Positions 24,232-36,600 of a DNA stretch of 64,000 nt are shown one piece after another; positions within the stretch are counted from its first letter, which is position 1; each line of letters opens with the position of its first letter. The notes beneath the pieces are model-generated. The model was given only the letters and a program-made list of their open reading frames with translations. It was not told the origin of the DNA and made no database searches. The DNA is taken from positions 58,714,001-58,778,000 of the forward strand of contig CM060732.1 of assembly GCA_030704615.1 (NCBI GenBank), written 5' to 3'. Position numbers and translations under genes: made by a program. The stretch is from Takakia lepidozioides. Lineage: Eukaryota > Plantae > Bryophyta.

Positions 24232-25136
24232 TGGGGACATCAACCTTGGAGCGTGGGGGAGGAAATGCATACTTAGCCCGGTTTAGCTAGCTCAGGAATC
24301 CGATTGCAAAAACTTGTATTGTACAAAATTTGTTATAAAGGAAATGGGTTCCAAATATTGTGCGTCCTATTGTGTTTGAAATGGTGATGCATGGTGTGGT
24401 TGACTAGTGTGTAGAATGCATGCTAGCTTACAAAAGTAGGAGAGGTAAATTGAGTTAATCGTGTGTTTGCGCAGTGCCAAAATCGGGTGACTCCCATCCA
24501 AGGGGCAAGGAAACTTGCGCCTTATTTGGGAGTTCACGTGCTAGTGCGCACCTGGCGCGTGCGCGTACTATAACTGCGCTACCGAGGGGGTTGCCTTGTA
24601 GTGCGGGCTAACGCGGAAGCTACGTGCTTCCGTTCACGTACTATAATCGTGTAGCCTCGGGACGAAGTCGTAGTGCGGCTTCGGCGTGTTCCTGTACCTC
24701 AGGCCAGCATTCCAAGGCGGACCCAATTGTAGTGATTGGGGCGCACGGTTGGTTCAAGGTTATCTTCCTAGTCAAAGAGGGTTCCAGGTGAACCCTTGCT
24801 CAAGGTGATGCCAAAAGCGGCATCATGAGCGATCGCAAGCAATGTTGTTGCAGTAAGGCGATTCGATCCTCGGGGAGGATCGTTCCTTGGCCTTGAAGTA
24901 GGCCAAGAAGAGTGCACTGGGAGGAGCTGGAGAGGCTCCACCCTTGGCCGGGACTTGGAGGAAGTCGGCCGAACTAGCTAGTGGAGAGTGGAGTCAAGTG
25001 TGGGGTTTGGTTCTTTGCCATGGGACGCCATGGTACGGAAACAAACTCCTTGATGTGGGACGCCACAACTTGGATGTTCGTTTCTACAAAATGGACAAGT
25101 CGATGAGGACATCGACTCCCTGTTGGTAGGGGTGTG

Positions 25137-25860
25137 TGTCGCGGCCCTTTGCCTTGAGGGCAGGGGGTCGGGACACATGAGGGGCTGCCCCTGTGGTGGG
25201 GGCAGCGGCGACGATAGGTATGGGGGGCTGAAGCACCCTTGAGTGCCCAAGGCACTCAAGGAGGCGGAGGCGCTCACTAGGTGGAGCCCCGCACACCGGG
25301 TTGCGGTGGAGGTGGCTCCACAAGGGGTGGTGGTAGCTTAGTGGGACTTAGTGGGGGTGGCATATGACTCACCATGGGGTGGAGACCTCGAGGTGGGAGT
25401 CGTGGGGAGTCTTGGGACTCATCATGGTCCATTGGGGCCGCGGTGAGTGGGCCAAGACTCACCGCGACTCACCACCGGGAGTCGAGGGTTTTCGTGGTGG
25501 TTCGCCATAAAATGGCATGGCTGGTTATGAAACCCCCGCGGACAGCTACAGAAGTATATATAGGGAGTAGTAACCCCGAGAACGGTGCAAGCCCGTTGGT
25601 GACCAAAAACTAGTGAGTAATCGTGCGAGCCGGAAAGCGACCAAAGAGTGGGGAGCTGTTCCGGACTGCCATCTACCAAAGGGAATTCTCCTAGTCCCAA
25701 ATAGGTGGAGGGTTTTAGAGGAAGCGAATGGGGACCGTTATGTCCCGGTGAGTAGCCGAAACTCCAAGTTGGCCCGGCGGCCAGGTTGGGAGTCAGGCGC
25801 GCGCATCAAAGCGGTTAACTATGACTTGAAGGGGAGTTTACCGAAGTGAGGTGCGCGACA
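25137..25860 (+). repeat. 3' LTR (724 bp), preceded by the PPT-like tract GGTAGGGGTGTG
   Basis: Direct repeat of 18890-19612, followed by the TSD AACTA. Confidence 0.98.
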
Positions 25861-26431
25861 AACTACCAAGCTGTTGTGGCTTTGTGTGAATCTGGAACAT
25901 CTGCTGAGGACACCTTAGATAAAGCTATTGAATTGACGTACAAGTCGGAGCACCCAAAAGCCCAGAGTTTCACCTTCATACACTACTGGCTGGTTTTGAA
26001 GGATGTGCATCAGTGGGCTGATACGCGGGAGGATGTCAAGAAAACACCACCCATGAAGCGTAAAACTATAGTGTTACTGCTGACTTTGACACCGGTGAGG
26101 TGGAAATTCTAGATGCAGAGAATTTCAACTCTAGCATTGTACCAAAGAGGCCACATGGATCAAAATCTGCCAAAGAGTCTGAGAAAATGCAGAAGCTCAA
26201 GGAGTTTGCAATGAGGGTTTAGGCAAGGGCAACTACAGACATGACAGCTGCAACTCTGAAGAAGGCTGTTATCCTGGAAGAGCAAAGCACCATGGCACTT
26301 TTCACAATGCCGGAGGAGCAGCTGGTGTCTGAAAAAGCCAAAAAGTACTTCAAATTGCGCAGATCCGAGGAGCTCCACCTCGTCTCAATTGTGTGCCACT
26401 ACTACCATCAAATAAAGCCTCCAAATTTGAA

Positions 26432-27712
26432 CTACTCATCTTCTATAATCATGTTGTGTAGAATCAAGGTGGACGCATTGCCGAAGCAAGCTTAACTTAT
26501 GGTGCTTGACCCTATTGGGCTACTACCTTCCGGTGGGAAGGTGGACACCGTAATGACTTCCAACAGGTGGATTGAACCCACAACCACTTGTGAGAGGGTA
26601 TGTGCCCTTACCACTGGGCTACATGCTAGCCCATAAGTGTAGAATCACACAAGCTATCATAATGTCTGTGATTGTACCCGTATCCCATTGCCTACAAGGA
26701 TTTTGAATGATTGAAAATCTGGATTGAAGGACACCAAAACACCTCTCTACATCATTTCTTGCTGACTCCTGCATCTTCGCGAAGTGTTGTCGTTTCAAAT
26801 CTTGAGGTTCGTGAATGGTCTGCACAAAAATACTCAATCTCGGATACAGTGCCATCTGCCAGTAGATAATATCATGGGTATGAGTTCCCATTTACAACAA
26901 AAATCATGCATGTGGCTTCGCCCTTCAACAAATCTGCAACTAGAGAGGACCTATCGAGAACATTAACGTCATTGTTTCCTCCTGGTAGCTCGAAAAAAAC
27001 ATGCAAAATTCATAGAGATTGATCTCCAACAGCGTCGAGTTGGATCCGCTCTTGTTTTCATCTTGGAATTGGCCTTGCAAGCAACAGGGCAGTTCTTCCA
27101 CCTATAATGCATACAATCAATAGACGTGAACATCCTGGGAAATCCCCTTTCCTCATTAATTTTCAGCTGCTTCAAGAGGTCTTCCGGCGTTGGCTGCCTC
27201 AAATAGTTCCTTTCGAAAATTCCTCTAATTGCTCTTACGAATCGTTTCATGGCTTCCATGGCTTTGCTCTCCCCTACCAGCTTCAACTTCGTATGCCAGC
27301 ATCCCTAGTGCAGCTGTGCATTTCTGACTCGATGACAAGCCAAGAATCCCAGTAGCATCTCTTTTCTACACAAACTATGAAACATGGGCACAAACTCTCT
27401 CCAATATTTGTAGAAACAAGCTGCGCCTCATCCTGTAGTGTCGTCGAAACATTTTGCCATTGTAGATTGGTGAAGCACTAAAGTAATCTCGAAAAATTCT
27501 GTCATGACCAACCTCTTTCTCTCTCTCTGCAAATTTGCACTACGCCCTGTCCTAGATCCTTTATTTATTTATTTTAGAGGACTTGAAGAAGTCTATCCAA
27601 GTTCATTTACCAAAATGTTGCCGAATGTCTCTCGGCAATCGTCGTCTTCGAGTTCTGACTGCAAGGTTGCTTGAAGCTGCTGCCGCCATCGTTGCATCTC
27701 CATCAAGGGCAT
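26432..27712 (-). pseudogene. Harbinger DDE transposase (plant transposon protein/ALP1-like), disrupted
   Basis: Fragments YLRQPT..RGFP.MF.SIDCMHY.WKNCP, QESARNDVERCFGVLQSRF and IMIACVILH-NMIIEDE* (rejoined across the SINE). Frameshifts and deletions are present. Start is approximate. Confidence 0.9.
26467..26636 (-). mobile_element. tRNA-headed SINE (copy C, 170 bp) inserted in the Harbinger transposase
   Basis: A box TAGCCCAGTGG and B box GGTTCAATCC. Perfect 11-bp TSD GTGTAGAATCA (26456-26466 / 26637-26647). Removing the insert restores ..CVILHNMI.. Confidence 0.88.
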
Positions 27713-29649
27713 GACTCTTTGCACCAGTTCTGTGCAGGCTCCAGTTCAGCGGGAACGGGTGGGTCAAGTTTGGAGTTGGCCGTTATTTATTTATTACAAT
27801 CGACCCGTCAAGTGGACCGTCACAGCCCACAATAGCGGGGCTATTTACAGGCCACCATTGGAGATGCTCTAAGAGCATGCCTAGACGCTCTATCTTCAAA
27901 ATAGCGCGGACGGGATCGCTCGTCCCCAACACTACATTTGCGCACTTCAAAATGGTGACCTTCACCAAATTTTGTCCCATTCCCACGCTATCTACAACGA
28001 GTTTGAGTGTGGCATTCTCTAGCACTACGACCACAAGATCCGCTGCCACTGAGCCTCACATGTAATGACGAGTGGCGGGGCAGGTGGCCGGGCCCACGGT
28101 CACTCTAGTATGGATATGGTGGGTTATGGTAGGTTGCCGCTGGGGCTCTTGCTAGCCCACGCGCTATCTCCTCACCGTATGCCTCCCTAACACAGTGATG
28201 GAGTGGCAGTTTAGTGAGCCATTGCTGGTCATGCCCAGCACACTATAATATTATGCTGGAGGAGGTGTTGCATTCAAAGTCCTCAAATTTCAGTAATTTG
28301 AGAAAAGTACAATGTTTTTAATCTGTCAGTCTATTTTTTGATTTAATTATTGTCGGGCACAGTAAACTAATAGTCATATATATTTTTACGGCCTCAATGG
28401 TGGTTATTTTTTCCACCTTCTGGAATGAAATTGTGGGCCCGAGTCTGTGGAAGGAAAAATAAAAACCCATGTATGTAGAAAAAATCGTCACGAAAATAGT
28501 AGTATCTACCAAATGAGTTCACAGTGGTGAAATGGGCTGCAGATGCCAGGCACCAAGTGTACGGTTCATTTTTGTGGATGAATGTTAGTTGGTGGGTTAA
28601 CCTCAGTTATGGGGCGGGGGTAAGTAAAATTTGTGTTAAAAATTGCACTATGACATACGATTTTAAGGGTTAATAATCTATACTAGTTGGTGTGTGTGTG
28701 CGGTAGTGTATTTTGTACTAAGCTGTGAATAGCTTGGCTACCTGGCAATGAGTACAATAAAGTCAAGTAATTTCACCGACTCGCAGTCATCCAAAAGTGG
28801 ATAAAATGCTGTCTCTATCCTACCCAGAGAACCCAAGTTCATCCAACTAGGGTTCACAAGAGCCCATTTTCTCTTCTTGCTGCAACCTCACGAATTTAGA
28901 TATACCTTCCGTAATATAGTATATTATAAAAGACCGGAAGAAAAAAGTATGATTCTGAATTCTGAGTAATAAAAATTAAAAATTCAGTCTGATTTTCAAC
29001 GATCTACCCTAAATTTTCACTTTTACTAAATATTCCATAGGCGTGGATGACATTATATGTGATTCTGTGGGAGGGATTTCGTTAAAAATGTCCACGTAGC
29101 TTCTAGCAGCTTACAGATCCATTGTATAAACGGTGGTACAGCATATGGACCGGTGGGTGACTACGCATACCGACAAATATTGCCGGCCGCTAAGTTAGGT
29201 TTTGGCCCCGCCTGTTTTGTTTCTACTCCGTCGTCTTCGTTGCTGGGTATGCTTTTTGGTGCTATTGGGATTCTCAGCCCCGCTGTTTCTGGCCCTCAAC
29301 TGTGTTGCAGTCGATTGCACATGGACTTCTCCAGAAACACGAAAATTTTCTCAGTTCAAGTCATGTGAACTTGGCTTGTGAGCTGATCGGTTGGAGGGTA
29401 ATGCCAGGGATTTATGAATTTTGTGGGTATCTCTCTGTGGTTTTTCCTCTGCCCTTTCGACAGTTGACGTGAAGGAAATGGATCTATGGTGGCATTCTTC
29501 TGGTGGAATACCCAGCTGGACTGATCTGACCTTGCTCCTCTTTAATCCATGGGGCTTCAACGTTAAGCTACAGGCAGGGATCTGACACCTGTGAGATAGG
29601 GAAGTTGAGATTATCTTGAGTCGGTGGTACGATTAACGCTGTGAACGTC

Positions 29650-32300
29650 ATGAGTTTGAGCGTAGCAGGCATGCTTGTCACTGCTTCTGTGAGAACTCTA
29701 GCTCAGCAGGTCGGTAGTAACTCGGAAAAGAATGAGATCGTCAGTGACAGAAGTTCTGCAGCTGCACCTCCAGCATCCTCGAGGTCCTTAAATTGGAAGC
29801 TCGTACTGGGTCTCTCTATCGCCGGTGGATTTGTTCTCGTGTTTGTCGTGGTGGCTATTTACTTTACAGTCAGGAAGAGGATTTGTCCAGTCGAACCGAA
29901 ACTGCTCGATGTAGAAGAGCCATCTCAAAGTGCAAGCGCAAATATTCCTTCATCGACGGAGGGTGATGAAGGTAAGTAAATTGTTCATAACTATCGGCAA
30001 AAAACCCTCATGTGGCGGTCTCGAGATTATATAGAACCAGAGTCCATTTTTCAAGCTTTATGTCGATACCTTTTCTTTTTTAAAGTAGTGTCGGCCGGTG
30101 GGTGCTTTCATTCGTGTCTTGAGCACTAGTTAGCTCGTAGCTGTGAAGAAACAGCATGTCTCTCTTGGACCGCCTCGGGCACACACTCTGATTTGTGATG
30201 TCTTTTCAGCGGTCATCACAGTTGAAAACTCGGAACTCTAGGCTTTAGTGCCCTGAGAGATTCTGTGAAGCTGATCATTTATAACACATCTCCTAAAAAC
30301 ACAAGTTTTTATTTCTGTAGGTCTGTTCAACGGCTTGGTGCGCAATAGATCGAAGGGCGCAGCATTTCGAGTCTTCACCTTCCAGGAAGTGACGAAAGCA
30401 ACCGATAATTTTTCTACCGAAATTGGTGAGGGAACATATGGGCTGGTCTACTTGGCACGGTTTGAAGGAGGAGTTGTGGGAGCAGCTAAAAGGGAGCAAC
30501 GTTTTGTTCAAAAGGCAGAGGATATTTTTCGCCAGGAAGTAGAGCTGCTTGCAAGGGTCCAGCACCAATATTTGGTCAATTTGATTGGCTACTGCGTGGA
30601 GCAAGGTGAGTAACTCAATGATGGATTTCAAAGAGGGATTGTTCATTTAGGCTGGCTTCGGTCGGACTCTTTTATCTCTCACAATCAGGCCGTACTCGTC
30701 CCACTCTAGTAAAACTAACCGATCAACTTACAGTAATTACGTGAAATATATTCTCTGTTTCTCTAGGCACTCTCACGTACAACTCTTGAAAACGACCCAT
30801 GAAATTGCTCAAAATTGTAGGCGCCCAGCCGTCCAGTTTGAATCGTTCACTACTCTTCTGAGAATCAGTGACCAATGATCGATCAGTTACACCCTAATCT
30901 ATGTGTTGGACCTGTCAGACCACAATCACTTGATGATTCGCTACATAATTTTCTATACTTGAGCACTCAGATTCTAGATATCTACCAACGCTTTTCCTAC
31001 AGTACAGACATCTCGGATCATTCTGGACAGGTTACCTTCTGAACACGGTATGACTAGCCGACTGGGGAACCAAATACACTTCTCCGAGATCTTGATATAG
31101 GGGCACATCAGCACTGCAGTCACCGGGAATATTGACTGAATACTGATAATTTTACAACTCTTAAACAAACAACCAGAAACGGTCCTGCTGAAATTATCAT
31201 GCACAGTTAGGCTGGGTGCAGTGACCTCGAGGTAACCCCCTGAGACCCGAAGCATTTTCTTCCTCTGAAGTATTTATTTCTGAACCTGATTCTCTCCTAA
31301 ATTTCCATGATGGCGGTGTCTTCCAGGTGAGCACATCTTAATATTTGAGTATATGTCCAATGGGAATCTCTACGACCGTCTCCACCTCCCAGACGCAATC
31401 CCTCTCCCCTGGGTAACGCGCGTCAGGATCTTGAAGCAAATAGCTTTGGGCCTCGAATACCTTCATCACTTTGCCAAGCCACCCATCGTTCACCGTGACA
31501 TCAAATCAGCCAACATCCTTCTATCTAACGATGACACCGCCCACATTGCTGATTTTGGCATCTCCAAGGTACAAAGGCTACATAGACACCGGTAGTAGAA
31601 CTTCCCCTTCCGTGATTGTATAGCGAGGACGAATGAAGAGTGAAACCAAAATCCTTGAATCTTGTCATTCTCAATTATGCAGTCGAGGGTCACTTATTGT
31701 GACGAACCAAGCAGCTTTTACCTCAAGTTATAGACCTGTGGACCTCGTTGGTGGTTTTCTCAAAATTGAAGTCTTCAAGCTTGCACTAGATTCGGCTTAA
31801 GTCATGAAAGGCCAGGCGCTCATTCTCATGCATTGTGTTTCGGTGGTTCCAATTCTGGTCCAAAGATTGCGTACCTCACTCGTCTTCACTCCTTAAACCA
31901 TCTTTAACAGGTATATGATCTGCAGGATTCAAAAGATGAATTTTTTACATACATACGTAAATGTGGGTAACCTCTTACAGGCTGGAATGTCCATGGATGC
32001 CAGTTTTCATTCAGTGTTAACTGAGGTGAAGGGCTCCTTCGGGTACCTCGATCCTGAGTACTTGCAGACCTGTACTCTGTCTACCAAGAGCGATGTGTAT
32101 GGTTATGGGGTTCTCCTGTTGGAACTCTTGACGGGGTACCGGGCCATCCACGACGGCGTGTGCCTGCCAGCATGGCTGAAAAAGCGCGTCGCCGTGGAAA
32201 GCTTAATTCTCCCGTGGGGTGTGTCTCGCGTCGTGGACCCCCTCCTTAAGGTTGGTTTTCTCAATTTATGTTGTGGGATCTGTGCATCTTTCAAGCACGT

Positions 32301-32331
<31 letters not shown>

Positions 32332-33506
32332 TCCACTCTTTTCGGCTCTCTTTGGAAGTGCTGTCAAAGCTGTTTTTTCCTCTACATTCCAGCTTCGGTG
32401 TGTTGATAGGGATTCAAAATGTAGGACGGAAAACTCTGATAGAAAAGATACGCATCCACATTAGAGAGGACCAAAGAGGGTTACCAACCAGGCGGGAGAA
32501 GAGGATGTTGAGATAAAATTGAAGGGCGCGAAGATTAATGCTAGAACTTAGTAATCAGTTCTTTACACTGCCAAGTCTTGCGGACAAGAGATATATCCCG
32601 AGGGACAGGGAGTTCGAAAGTTGGAACATTTGACCATTTTAGACTACAATGCCCGCGAAACAACGCGAAGACAAGTGCTCAGCGAACAAGGCCAGCTAGC
32701 GACCAACACACATTTGGACTTGCGAGTCTCCAGTTAGCAACCTGCACAAATATATATACCTCCATAGGTCAAATGGGTCAGCTGCATCTGGCCTTCGAGT
32801 TGATAAACCATGGTGAGCGCGAGCTGATATTCCGCTGAGATTGCTTGTACACGTACGAGCTTGAGGTCTATGGGAACTTCTTTAGGAATCCCACCATATA
32901 GCCGCATCTAGAAGCTCGAGGGAATTGGCTTCGCGCAGAAGACGAGCTGCATGTGCTCTAAAGTGACAATTCCAGTCACGTGTACATCTTTGTGCAGCGA
33001 GCACCTGTAAGAGGGAATCTTCCAGCCTCAAGCCGCTTTTCCCGTTCGTAGCACTCTGTGCATGCTTACACCGATGACGAAGTGTCTCAAAGGCGGTTTT
33101 GAGAGAGCGGCCTCTCTGCATGTACTGCAGCTGTTTAGGCGAGCTTACCAATTTAGAGTAAAGGAAATCATGTCTTTCAGCCCCTTCTGCCAGCGGGCTT
33201 GCATACTTCCCAAAACCGGTTAATGCAGGATTCGTGTCCATTGGGCATCCGCCACAAACCAGGGGATTGGATTACACTATGCACGTGTTTACGTACAACA
33301 GGTCTCTGGGATGATAATATGTACGACTTCAAGCGCTAGATCTATGCTCTACTTACTTTTGTCGTAACACTGGTGTGCAGGGGTCATTTGATGCGAAGCA
33401 GGCGGAGATAATATTTGAACTATCGCAGCGTTGTGTGCAGGCAGAGGGGAAAGACAGGCCCACCATGGCCGATGTTGTCAAGGTTTGCAAGGAGAAGCTA
33501 AGTTGA
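29650..33506 (+). CDS. Single-pass receptor-like Ser/Thr kinase (RD type) with a very short ectodomain, URK-I/At1g49730-like by motif recall
   Basis: Exons 29650-29971, 30321-30605, 31327-31568, 31981-32250 and 33381-33506, all GT-AG and in phase. TM segment [22 protein letters not shown]. Motifs [39 protein letters not shown]. The last few codons could instead be spliced to 33634-33642. Confidence 0.9.
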
Positions 33507-35515
33507 AATCTCGGACTTAAATGTTAAAGTTCTAGCCTGGGCGTGCACAAGATCTTTTGGAGCTGCCGGATCCGACTTGCTGGTTTTCCACATCAAGTTG
33601 TCGACACTCTGCACAGTTGATATAATTTTGCAGGCATCTTGAAAGCATTTTGCAATGGTTTGCAAGAGGGCGAGAGGGAGAAATTTCAATTGCGTCCGCA
33701 GGTCCTTTGAAGCCCAAAGGGCTACGACGGTTTATACTAGAACTGTAGCACTAATTGAGAGCTAAACGTCAGAAAACCCTTGACGTTTGTCCCAGACGTC
33801 ATCGCCCAGTGGCAAGGAGATTACATGCGTGCCCATTTTACGAAGATCTAGTAGAATCTGTTGAGATCGACCTCACACTCTGGATCGTCGAGCTGCAATT
33901 TCTAGCAGGATCATCTCGTACATGCTGTCTCAGATCTAGTACTAGGTGGATTTTACTAGGTCCAGAGGGGCCTGCACAGACTAGGGGCTCCTGTGGCAAT
34001 TTGATCACCCTTTAGGATTTAAGCCTCCGCAGGTCGACGATCGATCCGACATAAAAGTAGCATCACAAGCTATCAAATGTTCTTATCTGTTATCTACGTG
34101 CATTGCAAAGCTGCTACATTAAGGAGCTGGAACATTTGCGAACGAATGCCTGCTGGAGGGCACATCTCAACGGTGAGCTCTAGTGCAAGCTCATCAGCAA
34201 TAAACAGACAAACTTTCAAAGAACCGACGGCGGCCCTACCAGATCGCACCAGTGCACCACTCATAGTCTCCTTTACAAACTTGAGTCTTTTTCGTCTTCT
34301 GGATCAATATTCTTGTTCTTAGATTTGACATATCAATGATCCATCCATCGAGAGGGGCCTCGGGAGTTGAGAATGCTGATAGACATCATGCAATAAAGTA
34401 CACCAAATCCTGATTATTTCGTTTTGCGAATTGCGAGAGATGCTTCCAATTGAAGCACGTGGTCCACTTTAAAGGAAAACTTTTGCCCATATGACAACAA
34501 ACACAGCAACTCGTGATGAGTGCCATTTATGTGCGAGGATCCGACCCCACAAACATCGAGACGACAGCAATCGCCATTCATCACGTCCACGATGCCTTTA
34601 GCATCTAACTAGTAACATCTCACCTACTCGGTACCCACAACACCATTCAGTATTTCACGACAAACAAAACATTCTCCTCAATCTACTAGGCTTCTTCGCA
34701 TAGAATCTGTGGTTTTCTTTTCCGGATTGCGATGCTGTAGAGCGATTAAAGTATTGCTGCTACACGTATGATTGCGCGTTCTCGTTCCAACGGCCTGCTG
34801 ACATGGTCCGCCTTCAATGCAATCATCTCCATTCATGGCAACGCTAAAAATTCCCTTTCCTCAAATAATGTAGCGTGTGCTGTTAATAGAGTGCTACATT
34901 CCTTTGCCTCGCTGGACGAATATGACGGATTCATCCACACTCCGTGGTCGTATTCATTTGTTCGCGTGGAGACTGTTGATACGGATGTTGTGCACACGAA
35001 GCTTGAGAAAAAGAAAAATGTTTAAATTAAGGATGGATGGACACAGATAGATAGATGGATGTAAAATGGACGGGACCGTCCTGTCCAGGTGGCGGTATAC
35101 ATATATATATGTATTATTCGCAGAATAGTTATAAATTATAATTTGGATGCTGGCGATGCGGGGCGCGCTGACATGCAGGCGATGCGGGCAGTAAACGCGG
35201 CGAGGCGCGACGGCGCGATGGCGACTGGGAGCAGCTGCGCCATCGCTGCGCACTGATTGCGCACGCCCTTTGCGCTGCGCTGCGCGATCGCATGCTCCCC
35301 CACAAGCGAGGCTGCGGATGCGAGAGACTGCGATTGGAAGGAGATGCTGAATTATCGGCTGCTTCATGGCGGAGGGAGGGACGAGAGTAACCATTGTCAG
35401 CTGTCTGCCTGCCGTGACCTGGACAACGGTTGAGTGCGTGTGGAGCAGCATGCTGTGTCCCACTCTCTCGACAGAGGTTCAGGGAGTGAATTGAAAAAGT
35501 GGAGAGAGATGGAGA

Positions 35516-35521
<6 letters not shown>

Positions 35522-35567
<46 letters not shown>
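35522..35567. repeat. (GA)n microsatellite
   Basis: About 23 perfect GA units. Confidence 0.95.
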
Positions 35568-35571
<4 letters not shown>

Positions 35572-36600
35572 GGTTAGCTAGAATGTGGCTCAATGTGGAC
35601 ATTTTTGGTCGTTTTTCCTGTTTGCGAAGTTTGGGAGAATATGGCTTTTGTTTGTAGCCGGAAGGGCGCAGTGGAGGGGCGTGCTGTGTTCTATTGCGCT
35701 GTATCTTTGAGGAGTTGGTAGCGCGCTTCATTTTCCCTTGAGTGGGAGTGCTTCGACTGAAATTCTCGTTGGTCCGAGGGAGAGGGAAATTTTGCGTGGA
35801 TTCAAAGGGGAAAGGGAGGGGGAGGGGAAGAAAGAGCGGGATAAAAGGTTTGGTTTCGGGGTGGGGGTGTAGAAATTGATTTTCTTGGCTGCTGCGGAGG
35901 AAGTGAATGCGAGAGGGTTTTGCGCTCCAGTTATGACTTGACGGGGAGGAGTGTCAATGGAAGTCAGATAGGGGAATGCTGTGAACCGTAGAGGGGAAGA
36001 AATTGAAGGCGCGATTTATGAAAGTTCGACCAACATATACGTGTTAAGGAGAGAATTGATCTGGTGGATGTCTCATATCCAGAGGCTGACCAAACTTGTT
36101 CACTCGAGGAGAATGAAAGCAAGAAAGCAATTTATTACATCCACATGAATGCTACAATGGAGCAGGTGCAGTTAACGAACCGGAACATTCAGCAGGTATG
36201 CTGGTTCCATATGCAGATAATAAACTGCTATTTGTAGCTGGGCAGAATATACACAGGGGACTCGAAGTCAGGCATTTATCTTCGTCATAAGGATCGAGAT
36301 GGAGAGGGAGATAAGAATTATGACAGAGTGATCGAAGTTTTACTGCATTTGGGAAACAGCGTTGAAGGTCATCTCGTTACTCATCCCTCTTCGTTGCCTC
36401 CACAAATCAGACGGAAAGACAGAGGCAGCGACGTTCTTGTGATTTTCTGGAAACAGGCAACATCTTCGAGATTTTCCTTTCTCGGAATGTAGTCAAGGAG
36501 GGAGAGAGTTCTATAGAGGGGCACACTGCCAGCAACATATCAAGATAACCTCTGGATTGAAAGTGGAGGGAAATCTGGCACGAGTGCTGATCCACAGGTT

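Larger units (their letters stand above)
18890..25860 (+). mobile_element. Full-length Ty3/gypsy chromovirus LTR retrotransposon (possibly Galadriel-like)
   Basis: TG..CA LTRs at 18890-19612 and 25137-25860, 5-bp TSD AACTA (18885-18889 / 25861-25865), a PBS, and domain order gag-PR-RT-RH-INT-chromodomain. Confidence 0.98.
18605..26410 (+). pseudogene. Harbinger Myb/SANT-like DNA-binding (NAM-associated-type) gene, split by the gypsy element
   Basis: The frame reads KGKNFVAEEERQLC..ISLDPVT.NGQK..F.DRI*EHY..RPARSLESKWGIIKHDIVKFVGN-Y and continues across the LTR element into QAVVALCESGTSAED..F.FIHYWLVLKD..W. Contains a stop and frameshifts. Ends are approximate. Confidence 0.85.
18371..27869. 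mobile_element. PIF/Harbinger DNA transposon (decayed, carrying two nested insertions)
   Basis: 11-bp TIR GAGCATCTCCA / TGGAGATGCTC with TAA TSD at 18368-18370 and 27870-27872. Convergent Myb/SANT-like and transposase pseudogenes lie inside. Confidence 0.92.

Noticed and set aside
27873-28236. Second Tourist-like MITE abutting the Harbinger (GAGCATGCCTAG...CTGGTCATGCCC)
   Set aside because: The TIR match is only 9/12 and there is no TAA/TTA on the right side.
34954-35731. 169-aa and 200-aa minus-strand ORFs
   Set aside because: They are low-complexity, span a microsatellite and a GC-rich tract, and carry no recognisable motif.
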